This document shows, piece by piece, positions 1-8,401 of a stretch of 64,000 bases of DNA; positions within the stretch are counted from its first letter, which is position 1, and the number at the start of each line of letters is the position of its first letter. The DNA is from Candidatus Limnocylindria bacterium (lineage in GTDB: Bacteria; Chloroflexota; Limnocylindria; QHBO01). Made by a program: the position numbers and the translations under genes. Under the pieces are notes generated by a model. It was not told where the DNA came from. It was given only the letters and a program-made list of their open reading frames with translations, and made no database searches. The stretch is from positions 89,079-153,078 of the forward strand of contig JBBQXD010000003.1 in assembly GCA_038209995.1 (NCBI GenBank), in the 5' to 3' direction.

Positions 1-537
1 GTCGTCTGCGTCCTGCTCTCGCGCCTGACCGGCTTCCAGCCGGGCTACCTCTACGGGCTGCTCATCGGTCTCGCCTTCGCGCGCGAGCTCTCCGCCGTCG
101 AGGAGGGACGGGCGACGGCGGTCGCCGCGGGCCTCATGCTCGGCGTGGCCGTCGTGGCCTGGATTGCGCTCGCCGCGCTCCCGGCTGCCGGCACCTCGTT
201 CGGGCTGACCGCGATGCGCACCGCGCTGGCGGCGCTGATGGTCGCCGGCCTCGAGGGCGTCGTCTTCGGCCTTATGCCGTTCCGCTTCCTGCCCGGCGAG
301 ACGCTGTTCCGCTGGAGCCGCGTCGCGTGGGGCGTCCTGCTCGGGATCGGCGCCTTCGCGTTCCTCCACATCCTGGTCAACCCGGCGAGCGGCTACCTCT
401 CCGACACGAGCCGCACGCCACTGCTGACCGTGGTGGCGCTGTTCGTCGGCTTCAGCCTCGTCTCAGTCGCGTTCTGGGCTTGGTTCCGCTTCCGCCCCGC
501 GCGCTCGACCCCGAGCAGCGTCGAGGATCTCCGCTAG
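1..537 (+). CDS. integral membrane protein, 5' partial (frame open from nt 1, continues upstream of window)
   Basis: Frame 1 is open from position 1 to the stop at 535-537. The translation has several hydrophobic helices (VVAWIALAALPAAG, LLGIGAFAFLHIL, LLTVVALFVGFSLVSVAFWAWF). Confidence 0.45.
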   Translation, partial: VVCVLLSRLTGFQPGYLYGLLIGLAFARELSAVEEGRATAVAAGLMLGVAVVAWIALAALPAAGTSFGLTAMRTALAALMVAGLEGVVFGLMPFRFLPGETLFRWSRVAWGVLLGIGAFAFLHILVNPASGYLSDTSRTPLLTVVALFVGFSLVSVAFWAWFRFRPARSTPSSVEDLR

Positions 538-1139
538 CCGATCGGGACGCGGAGCTGCCCCCCGACGAGCGTCTCGCTCACCAGCCCCGCCAGGCGCTCC
601 CCGATCGCCCACCAGTCGAACTCCGCGGTCACCTGGCTGGCGGGAACCTCGATGAGCCGCTCCGCGGCGAGGTAGTCGGGCAGGATGCGGTCGAGGAGCG
701 CCTCGATCTCGTCACGGAACGCATCGTTCGTGCTCCGCACGCCGTCGGCGAGCAGCGCGACGTCAGGCAGCAGCCGCACCGAGAGGTCGTAGCTGGTCGC
801 CCAGCGTCGGATGAGCGGCTCGACGGCGAACGGGTCCTCGCCATCGGTCACCCGCAGGTAGTACGCGAAGTTGTCGACCACGGACCGATCGGTGACCAGC
901 ACCTCGGCGCGCTGCGCGAGCTCCAGCTCCTGCTGGACCTGGGTGAGCAGCACCCACAGCTGCGCCTCGGCCGTCGCCCCCTCGTTGAGGCCAAGCGGGT
1001 TGAAGCGGACCACCTCGCGGCCGACCTCGACGCTGCGCCCGGCGCGCCCGATGGTCGAGGCGAAGGCGTGCACCGCGTTCGACTTGCGCACCGAGTGTGA
1101 GCCGATGAACGCGATCTTGGCGTGACGCTGCCAGGGCAT
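534..1139 (-). CDS. P-loop NTPase (AAA_28/NadR-like ATPase family)
   Basis: 201-aa ORF. N-terminal Walker-A-like motif IAFIGSHSVRKS, followed by an acidic/hydrophobic Walker-B-like stretch (EVLVTDRSVVDNFAYY). Confidence 0.55.
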   Translation of the reverse strand: MPWQRHAKIAFIGSHSVRKSNAVHAFASTIGRAGRSVEVGREVVRFNPLGLNEGATAEAQLWVLLTQVQQELELAQRAEVLVTDRSVVDNFAYYLRVTDGEDPFAVEPLIRRWATSYDLSVRLLPDVALLADGVRSTNDAFRDEIEALLDRILPDYLAAERLIEVPASQVTAEFDWWAIGERLAGLVSETLVGGQLRVPIG

Positions 1140-1144
1140 ATGGC

Positions 1145-2521
1145 TCAGCCTGCCTCGACCGCCCGCAGGATCGAGGCGACGCTGGCGTCGGCGTCGGCCT
1201 CGGTCGTCGACCAGTTGCTCACGCTGATCCGCATCGCGGCGACGCCGTGCCAGGTCGTGCCGCCGATCCAGGCCACGCCCTCGGCCTGGACCCGCTCGAT
1301 CACCCGCCGCGTCCGCTCGTCGTCGTCACCGAAGCGGACGAGCACCTGGTTGAGGACCACGTCGTTCAGGACGGCGACGCCGTCGGCCGCGCGCAGCGCG
1401 TCGGCCATCCGCGTCGCGAGGTCGCAGCAGCGCTCGACCATGGCGCACACACCCTCGCGTCCCAGGGAGCGGATGGCGGCGTAGAGCGCGAAGCCGCGCG
1501 CCCGCCGCGAGCTGTCGAGCACGTACTCCCAGTTCTCGCGCAGCTCGCTGCGCATGAGGTATGCGGCCGTGGCGGCCATCGCCGCGCGATGCGCATCAGG
1601 GTCGCGAACGGCCACGAACCCGCAGTCGTAGCCGGCATTGAGCCACTTGTGCGCGTCGGTCGACCAGCTGTCCGCGCGGCTGACGCCCTCGACCAGGTGC
1701 CCGAGGCGCGGCGAGGTTGCCGCCCAGAGGCCGAAGGCGCCGTCGACATGGACCCAGGCGTTGCCGTGCGCCGCCGCTGCCTCGGCCACCGCGGCCGCCG
1801 GGTCGAAGGCGCCGGTGTTCACGTTGCCCGCCTGGAGGATGACGATCACCGGCCCGTCGGCCGCGTCAATCGCGGCCACCGCGGCATCGGCTTGCATGCG
1901 GCCCTGGTCGTCGGTCGGGATGCGCGCCACGCGCTCGCGACCGAGGCCGAGGTAGCCGAGCGCAGTGGCGACGGTGGCGTGGGCCTCGTCGCCGATGACG
2001 ACCGTGATCGGTGGCGCACCGGAGAGGCCCTTCGCTTCCACGTCCCAGCCCTCGCGGGCCAGGACCGCGCGGCGGCCGGCCGCCAGACCCACCGCGTTGC
2101 CGAGCCCCGCTCCGGTCGGCAGGCCGACGCTCGCGTCGCGCGGCAGGCCGAGCAGCTCGAGCATCCAGCCGCCGGCCACCTCCTCGGCCGCCGCGGCTGC
2201 GGGCGACAGCGCATGGAGGGCGCCGTTCTGCTGCCAAGCGCCGGTGAGCCAGTCGGCGGCCGCCGCGGCCGGCAGCGCGCCGCCGATCACGAAGCCGAAG
2301 TAGCGTGGCCCGGCGGACGCGACGAGCCCGGGGTCGACGGCCGCGGCGAGCTCCTCCACGACCGCGGTGGGATCCATGCCGGCGTCCGGCAGCGTCCCTT
2401 GCAGACGCTCGCGCACCGCCGCCGCGTCGGCCGTCGCCCCGACGTGGCGCTCGTCCAGGGAGTCGAGGAATGCGAGGCTGAGCTCCGCCGCACGGCGCAT
2501 GGCGTTAGCCCGTTCTTCCAT
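1145..2521 (-). CDS. pyridoxal-phosphate-dependent decarboxylase (group II, DDC/GAD/SPL-like)
   Basis: Fold-type I PLP motifs HVDGAFG and STDAHKWLNAGYDCG (PLP-lysine region). Start chosen at the internal Met (MEERANAMRR). The track ORF extends to 2554. Confidence 0.65.
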   Translation of the reverse strand: MEERANAMRRAAELSLAFLDSLDERHVGATADAAAVRERLQGTLPDAGMDPTAVVEELAAAVDPGLVASAGPRYFGFVIGGALPAAAAADWLTGAWQQNGALHALSPAAAAAEEVAGGWMLELLGLPRDASVGLPTGAGLGNAVGLAAGRRAVLAREGWDVEAKGLSGAPPITVVIGDEAHATVATALGYLGLGRERVARIPTDDQGRMQADAAVAAIDAADGPVIVILQAGNVNTGAFDPAAAVAEAAAAHGNAWVHVDGAFGLWAATSPRLGHLVEGVSRADSWSTDAHKWLNAGYDCGFVAVRDPDAHRAAMAATAAYLMRSELRENWEYVLDSSRRARGFALYAAIRSLGREGVCAMVERCCDLATRMADALRAADGVAVLNDVVLNQVLVRFGDDDERTRRVIERVQAEGVAWIGGTTWHGVAAMRISVSNWSTTEADADASVASILRAVEAG

Positions 2522-2841
2522 GGCGGCAGCGTAGCCGACGGGGCACGTCGGCAAACTGCCAGGCCACCGCCGATCGTCCGGATTGACGGCGGGACCCGCC
2601 CGCGCCTAGAGCCCCATTCCCTCAGACACTTGGCGCAGATCTACCTGAATGACAACAAGCGTTGGATCCGCCAACAGATGCGTGAACGAAAGATCATCGT
2701 TGACATCGGTCCAACAAAGTCTACCGACTCGATCGCCAGCATCTACTATTGGATGGAGTACTCGGTCACGATGGGCTACCTGGGGGTCATCCGCGCGTGG
2801 GGATGCACCAGGCGTCGCCTCGTGAGGAGGTCGCATCGACG

Positions 2842-3315
2842 ATGAGCCGGCCGGCGAACACTCCTTTGATTTTCTCCGATGTGTGCATTCAGGCGGCGCT
2901 CTTGGCCCGGGGAGACTGGATGGGCGTCGACGAACTCATGATCGACTACGAATACATCGCGCGGTCGACGCCATCGTTCGACAGTCTCAGCTTTGGAATC
3001 GCGCGGCTGGTCGCGAACGGCTTGGTGCAGGTCCGCGATGAGCCGAGTGAATCGTTCATGATGAGAGCCACGCAACGTACGTTTCGCACCGCTACGCCCG
3101 GTGTGGGCGTGATCGATTTCGCGATTCAATTGGCCCACGAGCTCGGAGTGACCCTCGACGAAAATCGGGAGGAAGATCGTTCTCATGGACGTGTCGACGG
3201 CCTAACCTACACGGAATACCAGAAGGCGGCGGGCGCCGGCGGCGAGTGGAAACATCTCGTTGACTCGCGCCTCCCGGGGGCACGCGGGCGCGACGGGCGC
3301 CCCCGCGAGGGCTGA
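2842..3315 (+). CDS. hypothetical protein (lower-GC islet)
   Basis: ATG preceded by GAGGAGG at the correct spacing. Local GC is visibly lower than in flanking genes. No recognisable motif. Confidence 0.4.
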   Translation: MSRPANTPLIFSDVCIQAALLARGDWMGVDELMIDYEYIARSTPSFDSLSFGIARLVANGLVQVRDEPSESFMMRATQRTFRTATPGVGVIDFAIQLAHELGVTLDENREEDRSHGRVDGLTYTEYQKAAGAGGEWKHLVDSRLPGARGRDGRPREG

Positions 3316-3463
3316 TCATGGTGGCACGGAAGGGCTCGCCGTGGCCGTGGCTTGTCGGCGGCGGTGGAGCGGGGGCTCTCTGGTGGCTCGCAAAGGGACT
3401 CGCGCCACTCTGCGGCCTGGGTGCCCCCGTCTGCGCGTGGGCGCTTTGAGCCCCGGAGCCCCA

Positions 3464-4153
3464 ATGAGCAGAAGTGTCCGCATCGTCGGGAGCCCGTCGA
3501 GTTGGCTCGTGATGCTGGAATTGCTCAGCCTCGATGGGGTCAGACCGTTCTGGTCACGGCTCAGCATCCGAGTGCGCCGCCAGCGTGAGCTTCAATCGAT
3601 GCTCCGCGACATGGTGCTCAAGCTTCGCGCGGCCCATGCCCGTCGCAATCGCGCCGCGATGTCTCGTGAGATCATTGCCGGACTGGAGCGCATCCGTCAG
3701 GAGATCTCAAGTCCAGCGGCCGAATCGATCGTGCGGCTTCGTGACCTCGAGGAACGATGGATGGTGCGCCCCGGTCGTGATTGGATCGGTGCTCTGTGGC
3801 TGTACGTCTACCAGCCCCGCAGCCAAGACACGTTGTCGTCCGGCATTCGGCCACAGATCCGGCGCTTGATCAAAGCTCGACTGGCCAGTGACCTGTGGCT
3901 CGATGAGACTGCTGCTGCGCTGTTCCCCGCGAAGAGCACGTGGGACGCTGAAATCGTCGAATCTAGATTCGTGGGCGGCGGACCGGATGCAATGGCTAAC
4001 GCCCTTCGAGAGTTACTCGAAGCGAGGGCGTATGCTTCCTTGCGCCGCGCCCTCAGACAGCACCTCAAAGGGACCGAGCGAGAGGCGTTGCGATCATGGG
4101 CGGTCACGTACGCGCGTGAGGACGGGGTGCGACCGGAGTTGCCACGTCTCTGA
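3464..4153 (+). CDS. hypothetical protein (lower-GC islet)
   Basis: 229-aa ORF starting MSRSVRIVGSP and rich in Arg/Leu. No recognisable motif. The track ORF 3260..4153 is trimmed to the internal ATG. Confidence 0.4.
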   Translation: MSRSVRIVGSPSSWLVMLELLSLDGVRPFWSRLSIRVRRQRELQSMLRDMVLKLRAAHARRNRAAMSREIIAGLERIRQEISSPAAESIVRLRDLEERWMVRPGRDWIGALWLYVYQPRSQDTLSSGIRPQIRRLIKARLASDLWLDETAAALFPAKSTWDAEIVESRFVGGGPDAMANALRELLEARAYASLRRALRQHLKGTEREALRSWAVTYAREDGVRPELPRL

Positions 4154-4169
4154 ATGGTCAAGGCCCCCG

Positions 4170-4745
4170 GCCGGCGCCGCCACCTGCGCCAGCCCAAACC
4201 TCACCCACGACTCCGCCGGCCGCACCGCGACCTGGAACGGCTGGACGTTCGGGTATGACGCCGACGGCCGGATGGTGAGCGCCTGCAAGAGTCCCACCGG
4301 CGCGCCGCGCTACGACACGGTGACCTTCGCCTATGACGGCGCCGGCCATAGGCACCCAGATCAGGGCGACCTCCGCCGCGGGTGCGGTCGCCACGACCGC
4401 TTTCGGCTACGCGGGCGCCGCGATCACCTCCGAGACGCTGACCGACGCATCCCACCGTCGGGCACTGTGGTGCGGCGCTACGCCGTCGACGGCGACGGGT
4501 CGATCGTGAAGGTCAGCATCCCGGGCGGCGAACCCGAGGCCGGTGACTGCCTCGTCACCTGGAACTGCCACGGCGACGCGCTCAACCTGCCGCGCCTCAA
4601 CGCCGACGGCACCACCACCCTCGCCAACAGCTACGCCTATTCATCAGGGGTGCGCCGACGACGTTCACCGACAACGGCATCGGCGACCTCGGCTTCCGCT
4701 TCCTGTACGTCGGCCGCCACGACGTGCAGTGGGACAATCCGTTAG
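4170..4745 (+). pseudogene. RHS/YD-repeat protein remnant (frameshifted, ends in an in-frame TAG)
   Basis: YD-repeat matches: TWNGWTFGYDADGRMVSA, YDTVTFAYDGAG, VRRYAVDGDGSIVKVSIPGGE, TLANSYAYSS. Alternate frames carry further YD-like text (AFGYAGAAITSETLTD; GFRFLYVGRHDVQWDNPLGL). The frame is broken by at least two shifts and a TAG at 4743-4745. Confidence 0.55.
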
Positions 4746-4763
4746 GGCTCGGCCTGGCCTTAC

Positions 4764-5324
4764 ATGCACGCCCGCCACTACGCGCCGGCGCTGGGACGGT
4801 TCCTGCAGCCTGACCCGGCTCGGCTGGAATCGAATAGTTACGGCTATGCCCGAGAAAATCCATTGACGAGGATGGATGCCAGCGGAACGGAGAGTTGGAC
4901 ACCGAACTCCTGGGAGTGGTCCGCTTGCTTCAAGTATCCGATCGCATGCGCCAGGTGGATGCGCGCCTCCTTCCTGGCACTGGTCGCAACCAGGACCATC
5001 TCGAGCGAGCGGCAACGCAATGCCATGAGACACTGCATCTGGAACTGCCTCATGACGGAGTCAATGAGGGCCTCGTGGGCGAATCTCTGGGCATACCTGC
5101 ACGAGGCTGGCGGTCCATTCCAACCGTTGGATACGCGTGTCGACCTCCACAATAACCGCGTAGGCGTGCTGTTCGGGCAGCAGGCCGGATTCTGGTTCTC
5201 GGGTCTTCCATGGGCGGCTGGCTTTTGCGAGGGCGTATGGAGGCGGGGACGGCTCTGGTATGTGGAATACAACAGAGTGGTCCGCACGTCCCTCGGAGTT
5301 AATGTGCCCAACGGTGCGCGCTAG
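4764..5324 (+). CDS. RHS C-terminal tip: core-end motif plus variable putative toxin domain (orphan)
   Basis: Same frame as the upstream remnant. Begins within the RHS core-end consensus (Y)MHARHYAPALGRFLQPDPARLESNSYGYARENPLTRMDASG. This is followed by about 140 aa of lower-GC sequence with conserved-looking His/Asp/Asn residues (AMRHCIWNCLM, AYLHEAGGP, DTRVDLHNNRVG). Confidence 0.6.
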   Translation: MHARHYAPALGRFLQPDPARLESNSYGYARENPLTRMDASGTESWTPNSWEWSACFKYPIACARWMRASFLALVATRTISSERQRNAMRHCIWNCLMTESMRASWANLWAYLHEAGGPFQPLDTRVDLHNNRVGVLFGQQAGFWFSGLPWAAGFCEGVWRRGRLWYVEYNRVVRTSLGVNVPNGAR

Positions 5325-5343
5325 GTAAATCGGCACAAAGACG

Positions 5344-5793
5344 ATGTTGAAGCAGATCGGGCTCGACCGGATCGTCCGGGCAGTTGTTCTCGTCGAAGTC
5401 ATCGGTATCATCGTGCTGGCTGGCTCGATCTTGTTCGATCCTCCTCCCCCGTACCGCACCGACATCGAGCGAGGGGTTTGGACCCTGATCAGCATTGACG
5501 GCCACGTTCAGCCGCCACCCGCACCACAGCTTGCTTTCCGAGGCGACGGCATGACTTGGACGAGCGACTGCCAAACGATCACCGGGGATGCGGTTCGCGA
5601 CAGTGACGGATCGATGATGCTCATTGGTGGCTTTCGGGTGCTGGCTGCTCGATGTTCACCTCAGCAAGACGCCGCCGAAAGGGCGCTCTTGGACGCGCTC
5701 GCGACTACCGAAACGTGGAGCGTCGAGACTGAGGACCTCATCGTGCTCCGCGGGGGTCGACACTCCATCACGCTGGCCCGGATCCCATCCTGA
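5344..5793 (+). CDS. membrane-anchored META/HslJ-like domain protein; candidate immunity protein for the upstream RHS tip
   Basis: Starts 20 nt after the tip stop. N-terminal TM helix (IVRAVVLVEVIGIIVLAGSILF), then a META-like pattern (WTLISIDG ... GSMMLIGGFRVLAARCSPQQ ... ETWSVETEDLIVLRGG). Lower GC. Confidence 0.5.
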   Translation: MLKQIGLDRIVRAVVLVEVIGIIVLAGSILFDPPPPYRTDIERGVWTLISIDGHVQPPPAPQLAFRGDGMTWTSDCQTITGDAVRDSDGSMMLIGGFRVLAARCSPQQDAAERALLDALATTETWSVETEDLIVLRGGRHSITLARIPS

Positions 5794-5802
5794 GCTGCCA
5801 GC

Positions 5803-6243
5803 GTGGGTCGCTCCTATCCCGGACAGCGCATAACGTTGCCGGATACGGTCGGCCGCCCGCCTCGTGACGCACGCCTCTCGGGCCGTGAGGCTTGGAAGGC
5901 TGCCGCTCTGCCAACTGAGCGGCGCGTCTCGCCTGATTTGGGGCGCATAACGATCATCCTCGCCAACCCGTCGAAGCCAGAAAGGCCCACCGCGGGCACC
6001 ACGATCCAAGAGCAGACGCGACAGTGCCTCGCGAACATCGCCGCCATCCTCAAGGCGGCCAGCAGCTCGATGGAGCAGGTCGTGAGCGCCACGTTCATCC
6101 TGCGCCGGCCTGAGGAACTCGCCGGCATGAACGAGGAGTTGGCGCGCTGGTTCCCGGTCGACCCGCCGGCCCGCCAGGGCGCGAAGGACCCGCTCGAGGT
6201 CGGCGACGCCCTCATCTCGATCGCGGCCATCGCGGTGACCTGA
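5803..6243 (+). CDS. ridA: RidA/YjgF/TdcF family (reactive enamine/imine deaminase)
   Basis: Aligns by eye to RidA over EQTRQCLANIAAILKAASSSMEQVVSATFIL ... ARWFP ... PARQGAKDPLEVGDALISIAAIAV. GTG start. Confidence 0.6.
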   Translation: MGRSYPGQRITLPDTVGRPPRDARLSGREAWKAAALPTERRVSPDLGRITIILANPSKPERPTAGTTIQEQTRQCLANIAAILKAASSSMEQVVSATFILRRPEELAGMNEELARWFPVDPPARQGAKDPLEVGDALISIAAIAVT

Positions 6244-6346
6244 GCCAGCGTCTCGCGTCACCCCGGCAGCGTCCCGGGGCCGGTGTATCGTATCGGCCTT
6301 CCCGTGGATGCCAGCCGTCCCGACCAGCTTCGGAGGACCGATCTTC

Positions 6347-7195
6347 ATGGCCCGAATCGTCCGCGCGGCGCTCCTCCAGGCGGAGTGGACCGGCGACAAG
6401 GAGTCGATGATCACCAAGCACGAGAGATACGCGCGCGAGGCGGCCGCCCAGGGCGCGAAGGTCATGTGCTTCCAGGAGCTCTTCTACGGCCCCTACTTCT
6501 GCCAGGTGCAGGACCCGCAGTACTTCAGCTACACCGAGCACATCCCCGACGGCCCGACCACGCAGCGCATGCAGGCGCTCGCCAAAGAGACCGGGATGGT
6601 CCTCATCGTGCCCATGTACGAGGAGGACGAGCAGACCACCGGCATCTACTACAACACCGCCGCGGTCATCGACGCCGACGGCTCGTACCTGGGCAAGTAC
6701 CGCAAGACCCACATCCCGCACGTGAAGGGCTTCTGGGAGAAGTACTACTTCCGCCCCGGGAACATGGGCTACCCGGTGTTCGACACTGCGGTCGGCAAGG
6801 TCGGCGTCTACATCTGCTACGACCGCCACTTCCCGGAGGGCGCCCGCGCGCTGGGGCTCAATGGGGCGGAGATCGTGTTCATCCCCTCCGCGACCTCGCG
6901 CGGCCTCTCCGAGTACCTGTGGCGCGTCGAGCAGGTGAGCCATGCGCTGGCCAACGGCTACTACGTGGGGACGATCAACCGGGTCGGCATCGAGCCGCTC
7001 GGCGATGACGACTTCTACGGGCAGTCGTACTTCGTGGATCCGCGCGGGCAGTTCATCGGCGACGTCGGCGACTCGCACGACGAGGAGCTCATCGTCCGCG
7101 ACCTCGACCTCGACAAGATCACCGAGGTGCGCCAGACGTGGCAGTTCTTCCGCGATCGGCGCCCGGACGCGTACGACGACCTCGTCCGACCGTAG
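6347..7195 (+). CDS. beta-ureidopropionase (beta-alanine synthase; carbon-nitrogen hydrolase family)
   Basis: Long collinear match to beta-ureidopropionases: KTHIPHVKGFWEKYYFRPGNMGYPVFDTAVGKVGVYICYDRHFPEGARALGLNGAEIVFIPSATSRGLSEYLWRVEQVSHALAN. Nitrilase-type E-K-C triad context. GGAGG RBS before the ATG at 6347. Confidence 0.75.
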   Translation: MARIVRAALLQAEWTGDKESMITKHERYAREAAAQGAKVMCFQELFYGPYFCQVQDPQYFSYTEHIPDGPTTQRMQALAKETGMVLIVPMYEEDEQTTGIYYNTAAVIDADGSYLGKYRKTHIPHVKGFWEKYYFRPGNMGYPVFDTAVGKVGVYICYDRHFPEGARALGLNGAEIVFIPSATSRGLSEYLWRVEQVSHALANGYYVGTINRVGIEPLGDDDFYGQSYFVDPRGQFIGDVGDSHDEELIVRDLDLDKITEVRQTWQFFRDRRPDAYDDLVRP

Positions 7196-7199
7196 ACCG

Positions 7200-8216
7200 A
7201 TGGACTTCGGGTTCACGCTGAAGCCGGATCATCGGTTCGAGCGCAGCGTCGATCTCGCACGCCGGGCGGAGGGCAACGGCTTCAGCTACGGGTGGATGTT
7301 CGATAGCCACGTGCTGTGGCGCGATCCGTACCCGCTGCTGACCCTCATCGGCGCGGCGACCGAGACGATGCGCCTCGGAACCTGCGTCACGAACCCAGCC
7401 ACCCGCGACGTCACCGTCACCGCCTCCGCGCTCGCGACCCTCAACGAGGTGACCGGCGGACGCATGGTGCTGGGCATCGGTCGCGGCGACAGCGCGCGGC
7501 GGGTGATGGGCAAGCCGCCGACCACGGTCGCCTACATGGAGGAGTGCTGCCGCATCGTGCGCGCGCTCACCGCGGGCGAGGCGGTGACCCTCGATGGCAC
7601 CGAGATCCGGCTGCCGTGGGCCACGCACGGGCCGGTGCCGATCTGGGTGGCCGGCTATGGACCGATGGCGCTGGCCGCAGCCGGCCGGGTGGCGGACGGC
7701 ATCATCCTCCAGCTCGCCGATCCGGACATCATCCGCTGGTGCATGGGCTTCGTCCGCGCGGCGGCCGAGGAGGCGGGGCGTGACCCGGACGCGATCGAGG
7801 TCATGGCTGCCGCCGCGGCCTACATCTCCGACGACGTCGAGGACGCCCGCGAGCGGGTGCGCTGGTTCCCGGCCCTCGTCAGCAACCACGTCATGAACCT
7901 CATCAACAAGTACCCGAAGGAGGAGCTGCCCGACGCCCTCTGGCGCTACGTCGAGAACCGCGAGGGCTACGACTACCACCACCACGCGGAGGTGGGGAGC
8001 GACAATGCCCGTTTTGTGACCGACGAGATCGTCGACCGCTTCACGATCGTCGGGCCGCCGGCCGCCCACCGTGAGCGGCTGGCCGAGCTCCGCGACGCCG
8101 GGGTCACGCAGCTCAACGTCTACCTCATGAACGGGAACGAGGAGGAGCAGCTCGACCTCTACGAGCCGATCATCCAGCGTGAATCGGCCTCGGAGGCGTC
8201 CGCTCCGACGAGCTGA
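7200..8216 (+). CDS. luciferase-like monooxygenase (LLM) family oxidoreductase, probable F420-dependent (Mer-like)
   Basis: LLM/Mer-like pattern: MVLGIGRGD, PIWVAGYGPMALAAAGRVADGIILQ, and conserved C-terminal TIM-barrel segments. Start MDFGF is 5 nt after the upstream stop. Confidence 0.7.
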   Translation: MDFGFTLKPDHRFERSVDLARRAEGNGFSYGWMFDSHVLWRDPYPLLTLIGAATETMRLGTCVTNPATRDVTVTASALATLNEVTGGRMVLGIGRGDSARRVMGKPPTTVAYMEECCRIVRALTAGEAVTLDGTEIRLPWATHGPVPIWVAGYGPMALAAAGRVADGIILQLADPDIIRWCMGFVRAAAEEAGRDPDAIEVMAAAAAYISDDVEDARERVRWFPALVSNHVMNLINKYPKEELPDALWRYVENREGYDYHHHAEVGSDNARFVTDEIVDRFTIVGPPAAHRERLAELRDAGVTQLNVYLMNGNEEEQLDLYEPIIQRESASEASAPTS

Positions 8217-8264
8217 GGGCGTGCCGTTTGCGCCGGAGCGGAACTAACGACGAAGGAAGGCCCG

Positions 8265-8289
8265 ATTCCGGCCCGAACGCGGCCGGAAT
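8265..8289. terminator. hairpin (ATTCCGGCC / GGCCGGAAT, 7-nt loop) between convergent genes
   Basis: Perfect 9-bp inverted repeat followed by TT. Lies between the + LLM gene (ends 8216) and the - HhH-GPD gene (ends 8402). Confidence 0.35.
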
Positions 8290-8401
8290 TTGGCGCCGAG
8301 CGCACATCGCGTCAAAGCAGTCGCGTCTCCTTCGTCGTTGATTGCGCCTGGAAGCAATCGCCGGTCCGGCCGGGGGCAGCCCGGCCGGCAAGGGCGGGGA
8401 C

